DNA of 64,000 nucleotides from Macrostomum lignano. Its lineage: Eukaryota. The stretch covers positions 1-64,000 of the forward strand of contig NIVC01002437.1 of assembly GCA_002269645.1 (NCBI GenBank), written 5' to 3'. Numbering within the stretch: position 1 is the stretch's first letter; every line of letters begins with the position of its first letter. Positions 37,281-50,889 of this stretch are shown here, in pieces. The notes beneath the pieces are model-generated. The model was not told the DNA's origin. It made no database searches and was given only the letters and a program-made list of their open reading frames with translations. Both the position numbers and the translations under genes were made by a program.

Positions 37281-38699
37281 ACAGCAGAAGCAGAGCACTA
37301 GCTGCAACAGAATTATTACGATCATGTGTTATTTGTTTATCACCCTCTGTCAGATTGTGTCAGCCTGGGTAGTAGGTGCGTAGTTTTTAATTAATCTCTC
37401 CCGAGGTAAAGTGCGAAGTGTGAGCACTCTGTTTTGAAGAAAGAAAATCCAGAACTTTGATCTGCTGTTGACTCTTTCTGTTTTCTCTTATTTATTTCAG
37501 TAACTGTGCGACACTGTGACTTTTCTTGCGTAACTCGCCAGAATTATCCGGTATACGCTACTAGCAGTAGTTTCCCCGCCTGTTTTTATATTTATATGCA
37601 CAAACAAGCAATAGGCTACTCGATATGCGCTGCGTGTACCTCGCTTGTTCTTTCCTGACCCTCACGGCTGAGTAACTCATCCCATAGCCACCTCCCAGTC
37701 TGTACCTATCAAGGTTATGAATAATTATTAGTTACGCCGTTAGATTAACCGCATGTACATTGTATGGCCATGCCTTTGATTAATTTAGTAAATTTATTTA
37801 ATAATTACTTCGTCTTTTTCTACTATTATAATTATAATTACCAAGTTTTTTGTGTTCCTCTTTCAGTTCGCTTGTGTTGTTGTTGTTTTTTGTTTTCTTC
37901 AGTTTGTTTTGTTTGTTTGTTTGTTGCCTGCCCAAAACACACTGGCTAAGCCCTCTCTCATCTCTCAATCTGCGCACCGGTCTGCTTAATATAATTAATA
38001 AAATATGTAATAACTCATGGCTCGCGCCTGTCCGTTCGTTACTCAGCAGTCCCCGCCCCCTCGGTGTCAGCCAGTGAGCGTAATCTTTTCCTATTCTTAA
38101 ATATTCGAATCCTTGTTTCCAACTTGAACTGACTCGACTACTTCAATCGGTTTTGCTAATGATGATGATTATTATATTATTATTATTAATGCACAAAGTT
38201 GGCATCCTGTTTTGTGAGTGTTTTTTTTATTATTTCATTTTCACGAGCTAAGCTTTCCTTGAGTTACCAGCCTTTTTCCTGTGAGTAAATAATTCTATAA
38301 AATTGTACGCATATGTTATCTATACATATTATAATATATCTATATCTTAGGCTCCCAGTTTTTTAACTTGTTCTTTTTGCAAACTAAGTGCATCAATTTG
38401 GTTCTTACTCTCTCACTCTCTCTGCGCGTCTGTGTCTGCGGCTCAAGAATCCCGTTGAGTTAATATATATATTATATATAATAAATAAATGCATATATAA
38501 TTAATACACATATATCTATTCAAAATTTATGAAAACTAATGCAGACAAACGAGCTGGATAAAGTCCCCGAAAATACGGATTCTTCGTGTCGATATTGTGG
38601 CTTTTTATTTTGCCTAATTTATTTTAATTATATATGTAGTTTATTCTGTAGTTTATTTCGCAGCTAGGGCTCGGTTAAAAGTACAAAGTGTGTCGTCTC

Positions 38700-39745
38700 A
38701 TTTCTGGGGGTGAAGTGTGGCTTCCACCGGCGATGGCATCTCATCTCTGGGGGTGGATAGTGGATCCCACCGGTGTCATCTCATCTCTCTGGGGGTGGAG
38801 AGTGGATCCCACCGGTGTCATCTCATCTCTCTGGGGGTGGAGTGGATCCCACCGGTGTCATCTCATCTCTGGGGGCTGGAGAGTGGATCCCACCGGTGTC
38901 ATCTCATCTCTCTGGGGTGGAGTGGATCCCACCGGTGTCATCTCATCTCTCTGGGGCTGGAGAGTGGATCCCACCGGTGTCATCTCATCTCTCTGGGGGT
39001 GGAGTGGATCCCACCGGTGTCATCTCATCTCTGGGGGCTGGAGAGTGGATCCCACCGGTGTCATCTCATCTCTCTGGGGGTGGAGTGGATCCCACCGGTG
39101 TCATCTCATCTCTGGGGGCTGGAGAGTGGATCCCACCGGTGTCATCTCATCTCTGGGGGCTGGAGAGTGGATCCCACCGGTGTCATCTCATCTCTCTGGG
39201 GGTGGAGAGTGGATCCCACCGGTGTCATCTCATCTCTCTGGGGGTGGAGTGGATCCCACCAGTGTCATCTCATCTCTGGGGCTGGAGAGTGGATCCCACC
39301 GGTGTCATCTCATCTCTCTGGGGTGGAGTGGATCCCACCGGTGTCATCTCATCTCTGGGGGCTGGAGAGTGGATCCCACCGGTGTCATCTCATCTCTCTG
39401 GGGTGGAGTGGATCCCACCGGTGTCATCTCATCTCTGGGGGCTGGAGAGTGGATCCCACCGGTGTCATCTCATCTCTCTGGGGGTGGAGTGGATCCCACC
39501 GGTGTCATCTCATCTCTGGGGGCTGGAGAGTGGATCCCACCGGTGTCATCTCATCTCTGGGGGCTGGAGAGTGGATCCCACCGGTGTCATCTCATCTCTG
39601 GGGGCTGGAGAGTGGATCCCACCGATGCCATCTCATCTCTGGGGGCTGGAGAGTGGATCCCACCGATGCCATCTCATCTCCGGGGTGGAGAGTGGCTCCC
39701 ACCGATGCCATCTCATCTCTGGGGTGGGAAGTAGCTCCCACCGAT
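38700..39745. repeat. ~40-bp minisatellite (GGAGAGTGGATCCCACCGGTGTCATCTCATCTCTGGGG), ~26 copies
   Basis: Direct inspection; unit length varies about 38-42 bp. Confidence 0.95.
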
Positions 39746-40696
39746 GTACATTGTATAACTTGTTTTATGTACAAAGGTCAGCCTCCCCTCTAAGTCGGCT
39801 GCTTCTTATGGCGATATTTTTATGGGATTCAGAGATTTTTAAATGTTATGGTATAGTCAAATTCCTGCATTTCTAGTTGTAATTTCAGTAGCTTATCGAC
39901 TCTGCTACTACAATCAGAATCTGTATGTCATGTTTAAAAAATCAGATTTTTTATGCCAGTAACGCTGCAACGCATAGATTAGATTGCCCGACGAGGCTTG
40001 CCCGCAATGCTTTTTCCTGCAGAGCATTTTACCACATGTAGCTCACAGGTGTATCCATGTACATGTATGTATGAAACATACATTTACATTTTGTTTAAAA
40101 CTTTTTTTTCTGTTGTAATTTTATTATTGAAAGCCAAAAAATTGCACCAACAAAGATAAAGACTCGGTATTTTGTATTCCCTAATAAGCAGACGCGAAAA
40201 GAAATCACTTGTTGGACGGCGGTATGATTCACTTCACATTAATTGAGCAATTCGTCCAGGGATTTTTCCAATTCAATTATTCTGTGTTTTAACAAATTTC
40301 CAAACTAAGAGAGCAGCCTGATGAAATTAATTTGATTATTAGACTATTAGAATTGCTTTAGAAAAACACAAAGGCCCAATGGCTTTATCCTGCTGCAGTG
40401 CAGTGTTTAAGTTCGATTTCAATTCATGCGATAACTCTTATCTATACTCGCGCTTCGTTTGAGCTGGCATTTGTGTAGATCTTGTTTGTGCATGGACTCT
40501 TCTGGTCAACTTGATCGTGATAATTGTCTGATTAGTGTAATACGGCGTTTATATGCTGATTAACCTGATTTTAACTTGCACATGTACGATTGCCACTCTC
40601 GGGACCTGCATGTACATGTACAACTTATCAACTATTTTAGCGCTCCTTATTAACTCGGCGTTCACTTGGCCACTTATTAACTTGTATTGGACCATT

Positions 40697-41365
40697 TTGG
40701 CGCCTCCACTGTTTTGGCGCCTCCAGATCAACCGTTTTGGCGCCTCCAGATCAACCGTTTTGGCGCCTCCAGATCAACCGTTTTGGCGCCTCCAGATCAA
40801 CCGTTTTGGCGCCTCCAGATCAACCGTTTTGGCGCCTCCAGATCAACTGTTTTGGCGCCTCCAGATCAACTGTTTTGGCGCCTCCAGATCAAATGTTTTG
40901 GCGCCTCCAGATCAACTGTTTTGGCGCCTCCAGATCAACCGTTTTGGCGCTTCCAGATCAACTGTTTTGGCGCCTCCAGATCAACTGTTTTGGCGCCTCC
41001 AGATAAACTGTTTTGGCGCCTCCAGATCAACCGTTTTGGCGCCTCCAGATCAACTGTTTTGGCGCCTCCAGATCAACTGTTTTGGCGCCTCCAGATCAAC
41101 CGTTTTGGCGCCTCCAAATCAACTGTTTTGGCGCTTCCAGATTAACCGTTTTGGCGCCTCCAGATCAACTGTTTTGGCGCCTCCAGATCAACCGTTTTGG
41201 CGCCTCCAGATCAACCGTTTTGGCGCCTCCAGATCAACCGTTTTGGCGCCTCCAGATCAACTGTTTTGGCGCCTCCAGATCAACCGTTTTGGCGCCTCCA
41301 GATCAACCGTTTAGGCGCCTCCAGATCAACCGTTTTGGCGCCTCCAGATCAACTGTTTTGGCGCT
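40697..41365. repeat. 23-bp minisatellite (TTTTGGCGCCTCCAGATCAACCG), ~29 copies
   Basis: Direct inspection. Confidence 0.95.
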
Positions 41366-41972
41366 TCTCATTAACTGTACTGGTTGATGAGCGTTCTAAT
41401 AAAAAATAGATCAAAGACGCCGCCGCCCGCTGCCCCTATCTTTGTTGAACCTCGCGGCGTGCGCCAATTAGCAACCATAAATAGTTATTGCGCAATGGGT
41501 CTTGGCTATAGTTGAACATCTCCTATAACGTTCACTCACCAATATTATTAGGCGGCATTTTTAATAGATCCGTTTGAACATGGCAGGTGACGCGGCTTAA
41601 TTTGGCGGTGAGGGGTCTCGGGGGGAGTGGAGGGTGGGTGGATGGGTTAAAGACTGTTTCGCACCTGGAATTTTTATTGCTTTACATAGATATTAGATAA
41701 TATAAGGTAGATAGAGAGCAGCGTAATTGTGATCTGTCGGCAAATATGCAGCGGGTGAAAGATGAAATAAAATAAATCCTTCTTATAGCTTGTAAATTCC
41801 TTGCCAATTCATCTCTAGAATGTTAAATTTATATTCAACCTTAATATAATTGCTCTTTTCTTGTGTCAGGTGAAATGGATTAGCGATTCCCTGAACACCT
41901 GGGCCAACCTAAGAAACAGGAAATGGGGACCAAAGTTCAGGGCTGTTTGTGGGATTTATCATTGAAAGAGCG

Positions 41973-42791
41973 CTGGTGCTGGCGCCCCTGGTGCTGGCGC
42001 CCCTGGTGCTGGCGCCCCTAGTGCTGGCGCCCCTGGTGCTGGCGCCCCTGGTGCTGGCGCCCCTGGTGCTGGCGCCCCTGGTGCTGGCGCCCCTGGTGCT
42101 GGCGCCCCTGGTGCTGGCGCCCCTGGTGCTGGCGCCCCTGGTGCTGGCGCCCCTGGTGCTGGCGCCCCTGGTGCTGGCGCCCCTGGTGCTGGCGCCCCTG
42201 GTGCTGGCGCCCCTGGTGCTGGCGCCCCTGGTGCTGGCGCCCCTGGTGCTGGCGCCCCTGGTGCTGGCGCCCCTGGTGCTGGCGCCCCTGGTGCTGGCGC
42301 CCCTGGTGCTGGCGCCCCTGGTGCTGGCGCCCCTGGTGCTGGCGCCCCTGGTGCTGGCGCCCCTGGTGCTGGCGCCCCTGGTGCTGGCGCCCCTGGTGCT
42401 GGCGCCCCTGGTGCTGGCGCCCCTGGTGCTGGCGCCCCTGGTGCTGGCGCCCCTGGTGCTGGCGCCCCTGGTGCTGGCGCCCCTGGTGCTGGCGCCCCTG
42501 GTGCTGGCGCCCCTGGTGCTGGCGCCCCTGGTGCTGGCGCCCCTGGTGCTGGCGCCCCTGGTGCTGGCGCCCCTGGTGCTGGCGCCCCTGGTGCTGGCGC
42601 CCCTGGTGCTGGCGCCCCTGGTGCTGGCGCCCCTGGTGCTGGCGCCCCTGGTGCTGGCGCCCCTGGTGCTGGCGCCCCTGGTGCTGGCGCCCCTGGTGCT
42701 GGCGCCCCTGGTGCTGGCGCCCCTGGTGCTGGCGCCCCTGGTGCTGGCGCCCCTGGTAATGGGGAACTCATCGAAGGGGCGCCAGCACCAG
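41973..42791. repeat. 15-bp near-perfect minisatellite (CTGGTGCTGGCGCCC), ~52 copies, followed by one inverted unit
   Basis: One internal variant (near 42020); GGGGCGCCAGCACCAGG at ~42775-42791 is the reverse complement of the unit. Confidence 0.95.
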
Positions 42792-43081
42792 GATTATTGA
42801 ACCCAACGGGAAACTACAGAAAATTGTTTTCATTTGCTTGAAACTGGGCGTAAGGCTTTGATAGCAAAAAGGTGGTCAATCGACCCTTTCCTTTCAATTA
42901 TGGTTTAAAGCTACAGTCTAGATCAATGTTTTAAATTTTCTTGGTTAATAAATTACGAGCCTAGATTAACTCAAAATAAAAACAAAAACAATTATGTCCG
43001 TGTAGTCGGTAGGTGTGCCTTCCAGTCCAAGTAAATCTAAAGGTCCCTGAAAATAGCCAATAGCGGAGTTGCTGCAATCCT

Positions 43082-43122
43082 ATTGGCTGAGAGAATTGAG
43101 GACGATTTCTCTCTCAGCCAAT
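43082..43122. promoter_or_regulatory. 13-bp inverted repeat carrying two opposed CCAAT boxes upstream of the PDZ gene
   Basis: ATTGGCTGAGAGA (43082-43094) / TCTCTCAGCCAAT (43110-43122), 140 nt before ATG 43263. Confidence 0.4.
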
Positions 43123-43262
43123 CTGCTGCGATCCGACGCCTCATTGTGTCAGCTTTCAGCTCGATTGAGATATTTAAATCTAAGACAAGTTTAATTTAAT
43201 TTTATAGCTTCAGAACAGTTCGTAGCAGAGAATCGCATCGCATCCCGCGAAGAACTCATCGA

Positions 43263-46228
43263 ATGGAGCTTAACGTGGCAACACCAGTGCAGTCAGGATA
43301 TCACCTAGTTGGCTTGAATCATTGCGCAACTAATTCGCTTGGAAGAAGGTAAATTATTTTTTTCATTTATGACATTTTATTTTTGATGGTCCAAAGATGT
43401 CACTGAAGATTACAGTTGGGGCTCAATGCCTTTAAGCTATCGATTTGGCGCCCAATGCCTTAAGCTTCTAATTTGGCGCCCAATGCCTTTAAGCTACCGA
43501 TTTGGCGCCCAATGCCTTTAAGCTACCGATTTGGCGCCCAATGTCTTTAAGCTACCGATTTGGTGCCCAATGTCTTTAAGCTACCGATTGGGCGCCCAAT
43601 GCCTTTAAGCTACCGATTTGGCGCCCAATGCCTTAAGCTTCTAATTTGGCGCCCAATGCCTTTAAGCTACCGATTTGGCGCCCAATGCCTTTAAGCTACC
43701 GATTTGGCGCCCAATGTCTTTAAGCTACCGATTTGGCGCCCAATGTCTTTAAGCTACCGATTGCGTAGCATTTAAGACTTTATTGCTATACAGATATCAG
43801 GATTATTTAAATAATTCCCCATCAAATTTATCCCAAAATTCAGGCTTGGCAACGGCCGACGGCCGATCCCGCTCACCAGCCTCCGAGAAGTCGCTGTTAC
43901 TCCACCAAGCGCAGTCCGCACTCTCGCCTCGTCTCCCTTGACAACGGCCACGCGGACGCCCCTGCCAACGCCCTGTCGGATAGCAACTAATCCTCGTTGC
44001 CGCCGACGAACGCCGGAATTAGCCGTTGCTATGGTAACCACTCCGTCAAGGCTGCAGCAGCAGTCACCGAAGCAGCAGCCGCAGCAGCCGCAGCCGCAGA
44101 CACCCGCAAACAGTTGGACTTTCAAGCGTCTGGCTGGCAGGATTCGACGAACAATGAGTTCAACAGAGGCCGCCGCTGCCGAAGCTCAGGCCGGCTCAGA
44201 CACTGAGCGAGCCGTTGTTAAAAAACCGGCCGCCACTCTGCAGCGACTGTTTCGTCACCTGGTTGGCCCGGCAACGGCAGACGGAGGCGGCAGGATTCTC
44301 AAACTGCATCCGGACGGTTCGAGAACCGTGCGACTTCACCGGCCAATTGGTGGACGATTCGGATTTTATGTTGCCAAGGAGAGTCGAGGAGGTGAGCAGT
44401 TTGAAAGTTTTGTGAAATGTTTATTACTTTATTGACATGGCGATTGATTAGAAAAATTTCCTTTGTAGTCAGTCTCTTAGACGTATTCGCGACCCCTTTT
44501 GACTTCATTAGTCTCTGCATGACCCCCATTGACCTCCCCGGTCTCTGCATGACCCCATCGACCTCCCCAGTCTCTGCATGACCCCACTGACCTTCACAGT
44601 TTCTACATGACCCCCATTGACCTCCCCGGTCTCTGCATGACCCCTATTGACCTCTCCGGTCTCTGCATGACCCCACTGACCTTCACAGTCTCTACATGAC
44701 CCCCATTGACCTCCCCGGTCTCTGCATGACCCCTATTGACCTCTCCGGTCTCTGCATGACCCCTATTGACCTCTCCGGTCTCTGCATGACCCCTATTGAC
44801 CTCCCCGGTCTCTGCATGACCCCCATTGATCTCCCGGTTTCTACATGACCTCTATTTGCCTCCCCGGTCTCTGCATGACCCCACTGACCTTTACAGTTTC
44901 TACATGACCCCCATTGACCTCCCCGGTCTCTGCATGACCCCACTGACCTTCCCAGTCTCTAAATGACCCCCATTGACTCATCTGGCCCCTCATTGATTCC
45001 CCCAGTCGTTTCATATCTCCCATTGACTCACTTGGTCTCTGCATGCCTTTCATTGACTCCCCAAATCTTATGATGACCTCCATTGGCTCCCCCTGTCTAT
45101 GAAAGTCTCTATCGACTCCCACCAACTTCTTCATATACCTCATAAAATCATACACGAGTTTATACTTTTTTACAATTTGATTAAAAATATTTGTCAGATG
45201 GCTGGTTCTAATAATTTTTTCCAAGCTGATGCACCCCCATGATTATGCAATAAGCATGAACGCATTTCTATATGATTTTCTTCATGCTTTGGCAGGGAAC
45301 GAACAAAGCGACTTTATAAAGGGTCGCGTGTTGTAATATTGAGCAGAGTTTGAGCAGACCTTTGAGCAAACAGTTGCCCCGAGGGTTTCCTCGCTGAGCA
45401 AAGCTAGGAACTGTCTGTCTCTCTAACCTTGAGGAGGTGGCGGCCTCCACCTTTGATGTTAATTATAGCTCACTTGGCACCAAGCCAGACCATGCTGCCC
45501 GGCATATAGACAAAGACTTTTCGGTATAGATAAAGACCATAGGAATATGTCCAGTTTAGGAGGAGGTGACAGGTCAATTTAAAAGCAAAATGGCTAGTTC
45601 AACGAAATTTCAATTCTTTGCATTCTTCTAAATTTATTTAATTGGCAACTACGAGACCCGTAATTGAGGCTTGTTTAGAGTCTGTTATTCCGCTGTAAAA
45701 TAATGGACAGATTAATGGAAGGCAGTACGTAAATGTAGGGAGAGCGAGTAAAGAGTGAGAGACTGAAGCGAGAAGTGTAGGGAGAGAGTGAAGGGAGAGA
45801 GTGTGAAGGGAGAGAGTGAAGGGAGAGAGTGTGAAGGGAGAGAGTGTGAAGGGAGAGAGTGTGAAGGGAGAGTGTGAAGGGAGAGTGTGAAGGGAGAGAG
45901 TGTGAAGGGAGAGAGTGGAAAGGGAGAGATCTAGGAAAGAGTGAGCCAGACCGACTAAAAGCAGGAAGACTTGAGGGCAGAAGTCCGAAGTCTACCATTG
46001 GCCAATACTGTAGCAAAAGCTGATTTCACTGCCCACCTCTGCCTCACAGACCTGGTTCTGACCAGATTCCACGATCCTGCAGCTCAGCAGAGGTGCCGCG
46101 GTCTCCTGGCACCCGGCGACAGAATCATCGAGCTGGAGGGCGACCCGGCCAGTCAGCTGGGGCTGGCCGACATTCGGGCGCGACTGGCTCACCGGCGGAG
46201 TCTGCGGCTTCGAGTTGTTTGCGGTTGA
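43263..46228 (+). CDS. Single C-terminal PDZ domain protein, 270 aa; join(43263..43348,43844..44391,46050..46228)
   Basis: PDZ motifs RTVRLHRPIGGRFGFYVAK and GLLAPGDRIIELEG...LGLADIRARL...LRLRV joined across a phase-1 intron; first intron phase 2; 813 nt total. The N-terminal exon is less certain. Confidence 0.8.
43435..43765. repeat. 29-bp minisatellite (GATTTGGCGCCCAATGCCTTTAAGCTACC), PDZ gene intron 1
   Basis: Period confirmed at 43501/43530. Confidence 0.93.
44505..45000. repeat. ~30-bp minisatellite (TGACCCCCATTGACCTCCCCGGTCTCTGCA), PDZ gene intron 2
   Basis: Direct inspection; degenerates toward 45100. Confidence 0.9.
45745..45925. repeat. GA-rich short repeat (GTGTGAAGGGAGAGA)n
   Basis: Direct inspection. 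Confidence 0.85.
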
Positions 46229-46514
46229 ACGAACTCTTCCTTGGGAGACTGCACTACTGTTAGTAGGACGCATTTTTATACTATTTTTAGTGTTTTAATT
46301 TTTTTGCCATCAGCCACACGCTCTTCTATGTATTTTTTGGAAATTGTATGCTCTGTATTTTGTTGTAAATAAGCTCTGTTTTGTCCATCTTTGTTTTAAT
46401 GAATTGACGCACACTGTGCATGTGTGTTTGAGCTTGCAATAAAATCCAACTAATTTATGACTGCAGTTTTGTCTTCCTATTTTATAAAATGTTTTATGTT
46501 TTTAATGGAAGCTA

Positions 46515-46918
<404 letters not shown>

Positions 46919-47559
46919 ATTATTAACAAAATATTGGTTTTGTTTAGTCCGTCTCAAAGGATTTAACAAATAATTATCGTCAAAATTCTACAATCTGGTA
47001 AAATTTATTCAGCAATTTGTGAAATCCATCACTTGAAGCATTGTTCGCATTCCCTAGAATTTCATTCCCGCCACTCAATACGGACTCAATCAATTCGAAT
47101 ACGAGTATACGGTGACTCGAGAAGTATAAAAAAACTAACATTTATTAGTTAACAGCCATCAGTCAGATGCTGTCAGTGGTAAGCCGTCGGTCCTCTCGAT
47201 TTTGACACCTTCATAAACCTGCAATTATTGATTCAATAATATATTATATTAGATTTGAGTTGAGTTGAGTGAGTTGAGGGGTTGGCCTGCACTGCAATTG
47301 CGCAACAAATCCTTTTAAAAGCTGGTGTTAAGAAGGGTGGAAAAGAGAGGGTGGGAGCGAGGTGAGCCAATGATGTCATGTTGAGGATTTTTTATCCAAT
47401 TTTAGCAAATCTTTTTTCTGCTGTAGCGGCTTTCTGAGCTCAGCTGTCCCGTTTACTTAAAAAAAGAAATTACACTGTTCATCTTATCAATCAGGATTTC
47501 GGTTGGCACCTCATTATCGCTTTCTGTGTTGCAGCACCTGCCTGCTTCTCTGCTTCTAT

Positions 47560-48545
47560 GTCCGTCTCAGTGTCTGTCTCAGTGTCTGTCTCAATGCCTG
47601 TCTCAGTGTCTGTCTCAGTGTCTGTCTCAGTGTCTGTCTCAGTGTCTGTCTCAGTGCCTGTCTCTGTGTCTGTCTCAGTGTCTGTCTCAGTGCCTGTCTC
47701 AGTGCCTGTCTCTGTGTCTGTCTCAGTGTCTGTCTCAGTGTCTGTCTTAGTGTCCGTCTCAGTGCCTGTCTCAGTGCCTGTCTCAGTGTCTGTCTCAGTG
47801 TCTGTCTCAGTGCCTGTCTCAGTGCCTGTCTCAGTGTCTGTCTCAGTGTCCGTCTCAGTGCCTGTCTCAGTGTCTGTCTCAGTGTCTGTCTCAGTGTCTG
47901 TCTTAGTGTCCGTCTCAGTGCCTGTCTCAGTGCCTGTCTCAGTGTCTGTCTCAGTGTCTGTCTCAGTGTCTGTCTCAGTGCCTGTCTCAGTGTCTGTCTC
48001 AGTGTCTGTCTCAGTGCCTGTCTCAGTGTCTGTCTCAGTGCCTGTCTCAGTGCCTGTCTCAGTGCCTGTCTCAGTGCCTGTCTCAGTGTCTGTCTTAGTG
48101 TCCGTCTCAGTGCCTGTCTCAGTGCCTGTCTCAGTGTCTGTCTCAGTGTCTGTCTCAGTGTCTGTCTCAGTGCCTGTCTCAGTGTCTGTCTCAGTGTCTG
48201 TCTCAGTGCCTGTCTCAATGTCTGTCTCAGTGCCTGTCTCAGTGCCTGTCTCAGTGCCTGTCTTAGTGCCTGTCTCAGTGTCTGTCTCAGTGTCCGTCTC
48301 AGTGTCTGTCTCAGTGTCTGTCTCAGTTTCTGTCTCAGTGTCTGTCTCAGTGTCTGTCTCAGTGTCTGTCTCAGTGTCTGTCTCAGTGTCTGTCTCAGTG
48401 TCTGTCTCAGTGTCTGTCTCAGTGTCTGTCTTAGTGTCTGCCTCAGTGTCTGTCTCAGTGTCTGTCTCAGTGTCTGTCTCAGTGTCCGTCTCAGTGCATG
48501 TCTCAGTGCCTGTCTCAGTGCCTGTCTCAGTGCCTGTCTCATTGT
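47560..48545. repeat. 12-bp minisatellite (TGTCTCAGTGYC), ~80 copies
   Basis: Direct inspection. Confidence 0.95.
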
Positions 48546-48959
48546 CTTTCTGTAGTTGACTAAGTATTCTAAGAATCGAAATTTAAAATTTTTTTAAAAG
48601 AAATGAATTGATAATTTAAGAAACCAGTTGTTGCTGATCAAATTTCTGCCAGGACAGGACAGATGTGACTAGATAAAACAGTGTTGTATAAGGTTATTCT
48701 GTCATTAAAAATTCTAATTCAATTTGAGAAATAATTAGCTTTAACACGAGTTCTTTGTTACTAAGGCCAACATTTCTCGCCCCGAGAACTGCAGTTACTC
48801 TCTGTTAACATGACGACAAAGACCTTATCTTAGTTAATTAGCCAAATCCCTAACAGGTGTGCTTTATCAGTTGACTCTGCCACCGGAGCAGCGGCCAAGC
48901 GATTAAAAAACCTTATCACTGGTTTCAAATTAAGCTCTTAGTCTGTTTTGTAATTGGCG

Positions 48960-50245
48960 TAGAAGTGAGTGAATCCTGTTGGCGCAAACAATGAGTGAAT
49001 CATGTTGGCGCAAACAACGAGTGAATCATGTTGGCGCCAACAATGAGTGAATCCTGCTGGCGCTACAATGAGTGAATCCTGTTGGCGCAAACAATGAGTG
49101 AATCCTGCTGGCGCTACAATGAGTGAATCCTGTTGGCGCAAGCAATGAGTGAATCCTGTTGGCGCAAACAATGAGTGAATCCTGCTGGCGCTACAATGAG
49201 TGAATCCTGCTGGCGCAAACAATGAGTGAATCCTGCTGGCGCTACAATGAGTGAATCCTGTTGGCGCAAACAATGAGTGAATCCTGCTGGCGCAAACAAT
49301 GAGTGAATCCTGCTGGCGCAAACAATGAGTGAATCCTGCTGGCGCTACAATGAGTGAATCCTGTTGGCGCAAACAATGAGTGAATCCTGCTGGCGCTACA
49401 ATGAGTGAATCCTGCTGGCGCAAACAATGAGTGAATCCTGCTGGCGCAAACAATGAGTGAATCCTGCTGGCGCTACAATGAGTGAATCCTGTTGGCGCAA
49501 ACAATGAGTGAATCCTGCTGGCGCTACAATGAGTGAATCCTGTTGGCGCAAACAATGAGTGAATCCTGCTGGCGCAAACAATGAGTGAATCCTGCTGGCG
49601 CAAACAATGAGTGAATCCTGCTGGCGCAAGCAATGAGTGAATCCTGTTGGCGCAAACAATGAGTGAATCCTGCTGGCGCTACAATGAGTGAATCCTGCTG
49701 GCGCAAACAATGATTGAATCCTGCTGGCGCTACAATGAGTGAATCCTGTTGGCGCAAACAATGAGTGAATCCTGCTGGCGCAAACAATGAGTGAATCCTG
49801 CTGGCGCAAACAATGAGTGAATCCTGCTGGCGCTACAATGAGTGAATCCTGTTGGCGCAAACAATGAGTGAATCCTGCTGGCGCTACAATGAGTGAATCC
49901 TGTTGGCGCAAACAATGAGTGAATCCTGCTGGCGCTACAATGAGTGAATCCTGTTGGCGCAAACAATGAGTGAATCCTGTTGGCGCAAACAATGAGTGAA
50001 TCCTGCTGGCGCAAACAATGAGTGAATCCTGCTGGCGCAAGCAATGAGTGAATCCTGTTGGCGCAAACAATGAGTGAATCCTGCTGGCGCTACAATGAGT
50101 GAATCCTGTTGGCGCAAACAATGAGTGAATCCTGCTGGCGCTACAATGAGTGAATCCTGTTGGCGCAAACAATGAGTGAATCCTGCTGGCGCAAACAATG
50201 AGTGAATCCTGCTGGCGCAAACAATGAGTGAATCATGTTAGCGCT
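48960..50245. repeat. 25/26-bp minisatellite (AATGAGTGAATCCTGYTGGCGCAAAC / ...GGCGCTAC), ~50 copies
   Basis: Direct inspection. Confidence 0.95.
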
Positions 50246-50889
50246 AACAATGAATAAGTCTAAATTCGGAGCATCAAAGTTGGTCGTGAGTTCCCGGCTA
50301 CCTAGAAATTGATCCTCATTATGAAAAAATCAAAACCTTACATAGATAGCTTCATCAAGCAAGCTTGCCAATCAGATGATTATGGCGAGTTTGTTTGCCC
50401 TCAACAAATATTGCATTCATAGCTGAAGGCTACCGACTGTCTGCGTGGTAGGTTAGACAAACATCAAATTCAATCTTTGAAGGGTCATACTTGAATCGAA
50501 TAAAAGATTCTAATCAGAGAAAATTATTTTTTGTGGTTTTATCAATTCGTTTCTGCTTTTCTAATTGCTTTTCCTACGAGTAGCTGTTCAGAAAAGTTTT
50601 TTCAAGAGCAAATAGTTGGTCCATAAATTGTCTGAGGCTGTTAAGTGAGTTCTTTTACTGTTCAATGTCGATGTTAATCTACATGTATGCTAGCTTGATT
50701 GTTATTCATGAGTTGTTCTCGGCTAAATATGAACTGTTTTATATTCAGTTCTCTCTGTGTACAAGCAGTTGTGAGTGTGACACTGACATTCTTTGGCTTC
50801 CATTGCATTCTTCAGCATATTCACTCAGCCTCCCTTCTATGGCGCTTACCTGCTCGCTTCCCTCCTCACCTTTCTTCCTAATTTCCTGT

